Source of the DNA: Orbicella franksi | Taxonomy: Eukaryota | DNA: 64,000 nt | NCBI GenBank assembly: GCA_964199315.1 | Contig: OZ116704.1 | Span: forward strand, 28,396,001 to 28,460,000 | Direction: 5' to 3' | Shown: positions 61,501 to 64,000 of the stretch, one piece after another | How positions within the stretch are numbered: the stretch's first letter is position 1 | Layout of the letters: each line of letters begins with the position of its first letter | Program-made: the position numbers and the translations under genes | The notes under the pieces: model-generated | Databases searched by the model: none | What the model saw: the letters and a program-made list of their open reading frames with translations, nothing else | What the model was told of the DNA's origin: nothing

Positions 61501-62903
61501 TTCATTGTTTATGAACCAATTGCAAGCAAGTTACCTAATTTTGCATGCAAATAGCCGTAAAATCATCAACCGTAGAATAAATGGTAGGGGTTAACACTAA
61601 ATTCAAAAGTCAACAGTGTCAGTAAAATCCACTGAATCTTCTGAGAATTTTGGTCAACTGTCATTCTGCCACGACTAACTATAGCAAGTGATCACTGATC
61701 TACATCTGAGTGGGGGTTTTAAAGCGATAACACTGATAAGAGGTGAACAAAAGTATTTTGATTTCGAGACATGAGACGAACTGTGAAACCCTCCCTTTGA
61801 CAGTTACTCTATGAGGGACTCTAAAAAGTGACAGAGATGCTTCCTGAAAGTTACAAAACAACCATAAGCATTATAAGATTACACTTAATTCTGGAAATAC
61901 CCCACATGTTCTTTTACCAGAACCAGAGAAAGTAAAAGCACTCTTGGCACCCAGAAGAATACCATGACCAGTGCAAGCTATACAGCAGGAAAAGATTGCC
62001 AAATCTATGGGATATCCAGTGCATAAGAATTCCCTTCTTTTGAACAACTGGGTCCAATGTATCAAGCACTCTTTTTCCACTTGCACAGTTTACATCCCAA
62101 TAGGTAGAACAATAACTCAATTGAACACCCAAAGTGGTAACAAAGGAAGCATTTCCACACCTTGAAGATGATTTCCAGTTTGAATTGTGCAGACCCTTGT
62201 GCACTCTGGAGAGTTTATTCACGTTTTTGTTTTGATTCAGGTACGATGTCACAAAATGTGACATTCTGTAGCAACTTACAAGAGGTAAAGTCAAAGTTTC
62301 ATGACTGCTATTAATGGATGATACAGCTTCATGGCTCTAAAAATTAAAGAAATTGTTGAAAAAAAGAATTTAAATTGCCTCAAAGATAAGGTAAGTGGTT
62401 TGTAACGAACAACATAGATTCGCATCCCACTGAGTGAGACTCGCAAACATGGGTGATGAGACTGCATAGTACAGACTAGAAATCATCTTTAAGGATACAA
62501 GGAACATCCTATCACTTTCAAAAGTCTCCCCACCTGGGTTGACTGCATTTGTTTTACACTAAAATAACACATCTCTCTGTACATAACTTTCTACAAGGTA
62601 AACACATTTACACATCTTTGTTTGGAGCATGAAACATAACCTCTTGCCACTACAGTAACGAGACCTGCGGCACACACAGGCTGCGACAGTAAAGGATCAG
62701 ATCTCTTTAGGATTGACAAGTATTGATTAAAAATAGAGTCTGCTGTAAAAATTCACTGCACACAAGAGGAGGAAATTCCGATGGCAATCTTGGAAATTCT
62801 GAAAAGGAGTGCCGCCACACAGGCTGTTTATGCAAGTATACAGAGGGATGTCTTTACACAGAAAAGCAATAAACTATGGAAGGAACATGAACATTTAGAG
62901 GCT

Positions 62904-63113
62904 CTATGGCCCTGTGGAAAGTTCAATTCCATGCTGCTGCAACTGTGCCCTGAGCAATGCATTTTCTTGTCGAAGCTCCTCGACTTGCTGTCGTAAAAGC
63001 TCTGTGTCTATATTCAACCTTTCATTGTCCTTGATGGTTTCCACCATTCTTGCATTGTGTGATTTCAACTCATTTATATAATCCACTGTTTTTGATAGAA
63101 TCCCACCTTTACT
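62904..63113 (-). CDS. USF1/USF2: USF1/USF2-like bHLH-ZIP factor, last coding exon (rest of the gene is beyond the window)
   Basis: Acceptor TCAACAG| then SKGGILSKTVDYINELKSHNARMVETIKDNERLNIDTELLRQQVEELRQENALLRAQLQQHGIELSTGP*. This matches USF helix 2 (SKGGILSK..DYI.EL) and zipper (LRQQVE.L...N.LLRAQL..HG). Confidence 0.93.
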   Translation of the reverse strand, partial: SKGGILSKTVDYINELKSHNARMVETIKDNERLNIDTELLRQQVEELRQENALLRAQLQQHGIELSTGP

Positions 63114-64000
63114 CTGTTGAATAAACAATAGATATATCTTACTGAACTGTCAAGAGTCCTTTAAAAGTCTAGCAGTTAAGTGTACAATTCCAACATGGGC
63201 CACGGGGGCACAAAGTACTAGAAAGTCTTAAATTCTTTTGTTGCTTTCAGTAAGACCGGTCACCTGCCCGAGTTACAGAGAGTATTGTTATGAGTTGTCA
63301 GCCATGATGTTAGCAGTTTTCAATCAAATAAGAACTATAAAGAAGTCGTGGATACATTGCTTACAAAACAGAGAGGTCTGCCCGATCAACTGCAATATAT
63401 GTGAACAGGTTTTGAAGGTAATTAACAAGGTCACATAAAAAAGTCAAACTAACTCTGCCCTTGAAACACAATACTCATCTTAAGGTTTTGTTTATTACAA
63501 TTTCAAAGTTTATCCACCCCTGAAAATTAAAGATTTTTTCTTGACACCTTTACAAATTTCCCGGAACACCTCACCCTTTCATGACTTTTTTCGTTACTCT
63601 ACTGTAGATAATTTTGTGTACATATCTAGCTTTCTAACTGCGTTGGCGACAAGAGTGTCTTGTTTGGATGAACAGATAAGTTGTGCTACTGATGTTTCCA
63701 ACAGCTTTGTTTATCTTTCAATCAAAAACTCTTCTGGCTTGACATTCAATCTCTACACACAAAGTTAAACCTATTAGTCTTTCAAACAGCCACTAGCAAT
63801 GACTTGATTACATATGTGCTGACCGCAACGAGTATGTATCGAAGGAAAGCCAAAGTGTATTTCAATGTATTAGGTTGTGGCATTTCTTTAGACAAGCGAG
63901 GGACAAATTGGCATGTTGTGAATTACTGAATATTGGTTGTTGACAAATCAACTTGTTTACATCTGAGTTTCTACGCTTCACATATCCATGGCTAAAAATT

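Noticed and set aside
60522-62294. Short ORFs between HYOU1 and the USF exon
   Set aside because: No motifs or coherent exon chain. They more likely belong to the USF 3' UTR or intergenic DNA (minus-strand AATAAA at about 62214).
1-64000. Prokaryotic operon, CRISPR or defence-island interpretation
   Set aside because: Spliceosomal gene structures, SINEs and low coding density show this is animal nuclear DNA.

Overview
Eukaryotic, intron-rich, repeat-dense DNA. The SINE/MITE families and gene sequences point to a cnidarian, probably a scleractinian coral (inference). Four protein-coding loci can be built by hand with canonical splice sites and consistent exon phases. (1) A USF3-like bHLH-ZIP gene on the minus strand: 6 coding exons, 8504-16658, 1056 aa, one GC-AG intron. 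(2) A NAL1/Ssy5-type trypsin-fold protease on the plus strand (24102-27493) whose nucleophile motif reads GDCG rather than GDSG. (3) HYOU1/GRP170 on the plus strand: 28 coding exons, 36906-58573, 1066 aa, with signal peptide, C-terminal NDEL and an ERSE-like promoter element. (4) The last coding exon of a USF1/2-like gene on the minus strand (62904-63113). Mobile DNA includes a decayed BEL/Pao LTR retrotransposon (1-4500), a MITE-interrupted Transib/RAG1-like transposase relic (about 18900-20942), a Penelope-like remnant, a 4.1-kb TIR element with a 10-bp flanking direct repeat and spliced transposase-like exons (30094-34179), many tRNA-derived SINEs and MITEs, and decayed hammerhead-like motifs. 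All family assignments come from motif recognition from memory; no database search was run.
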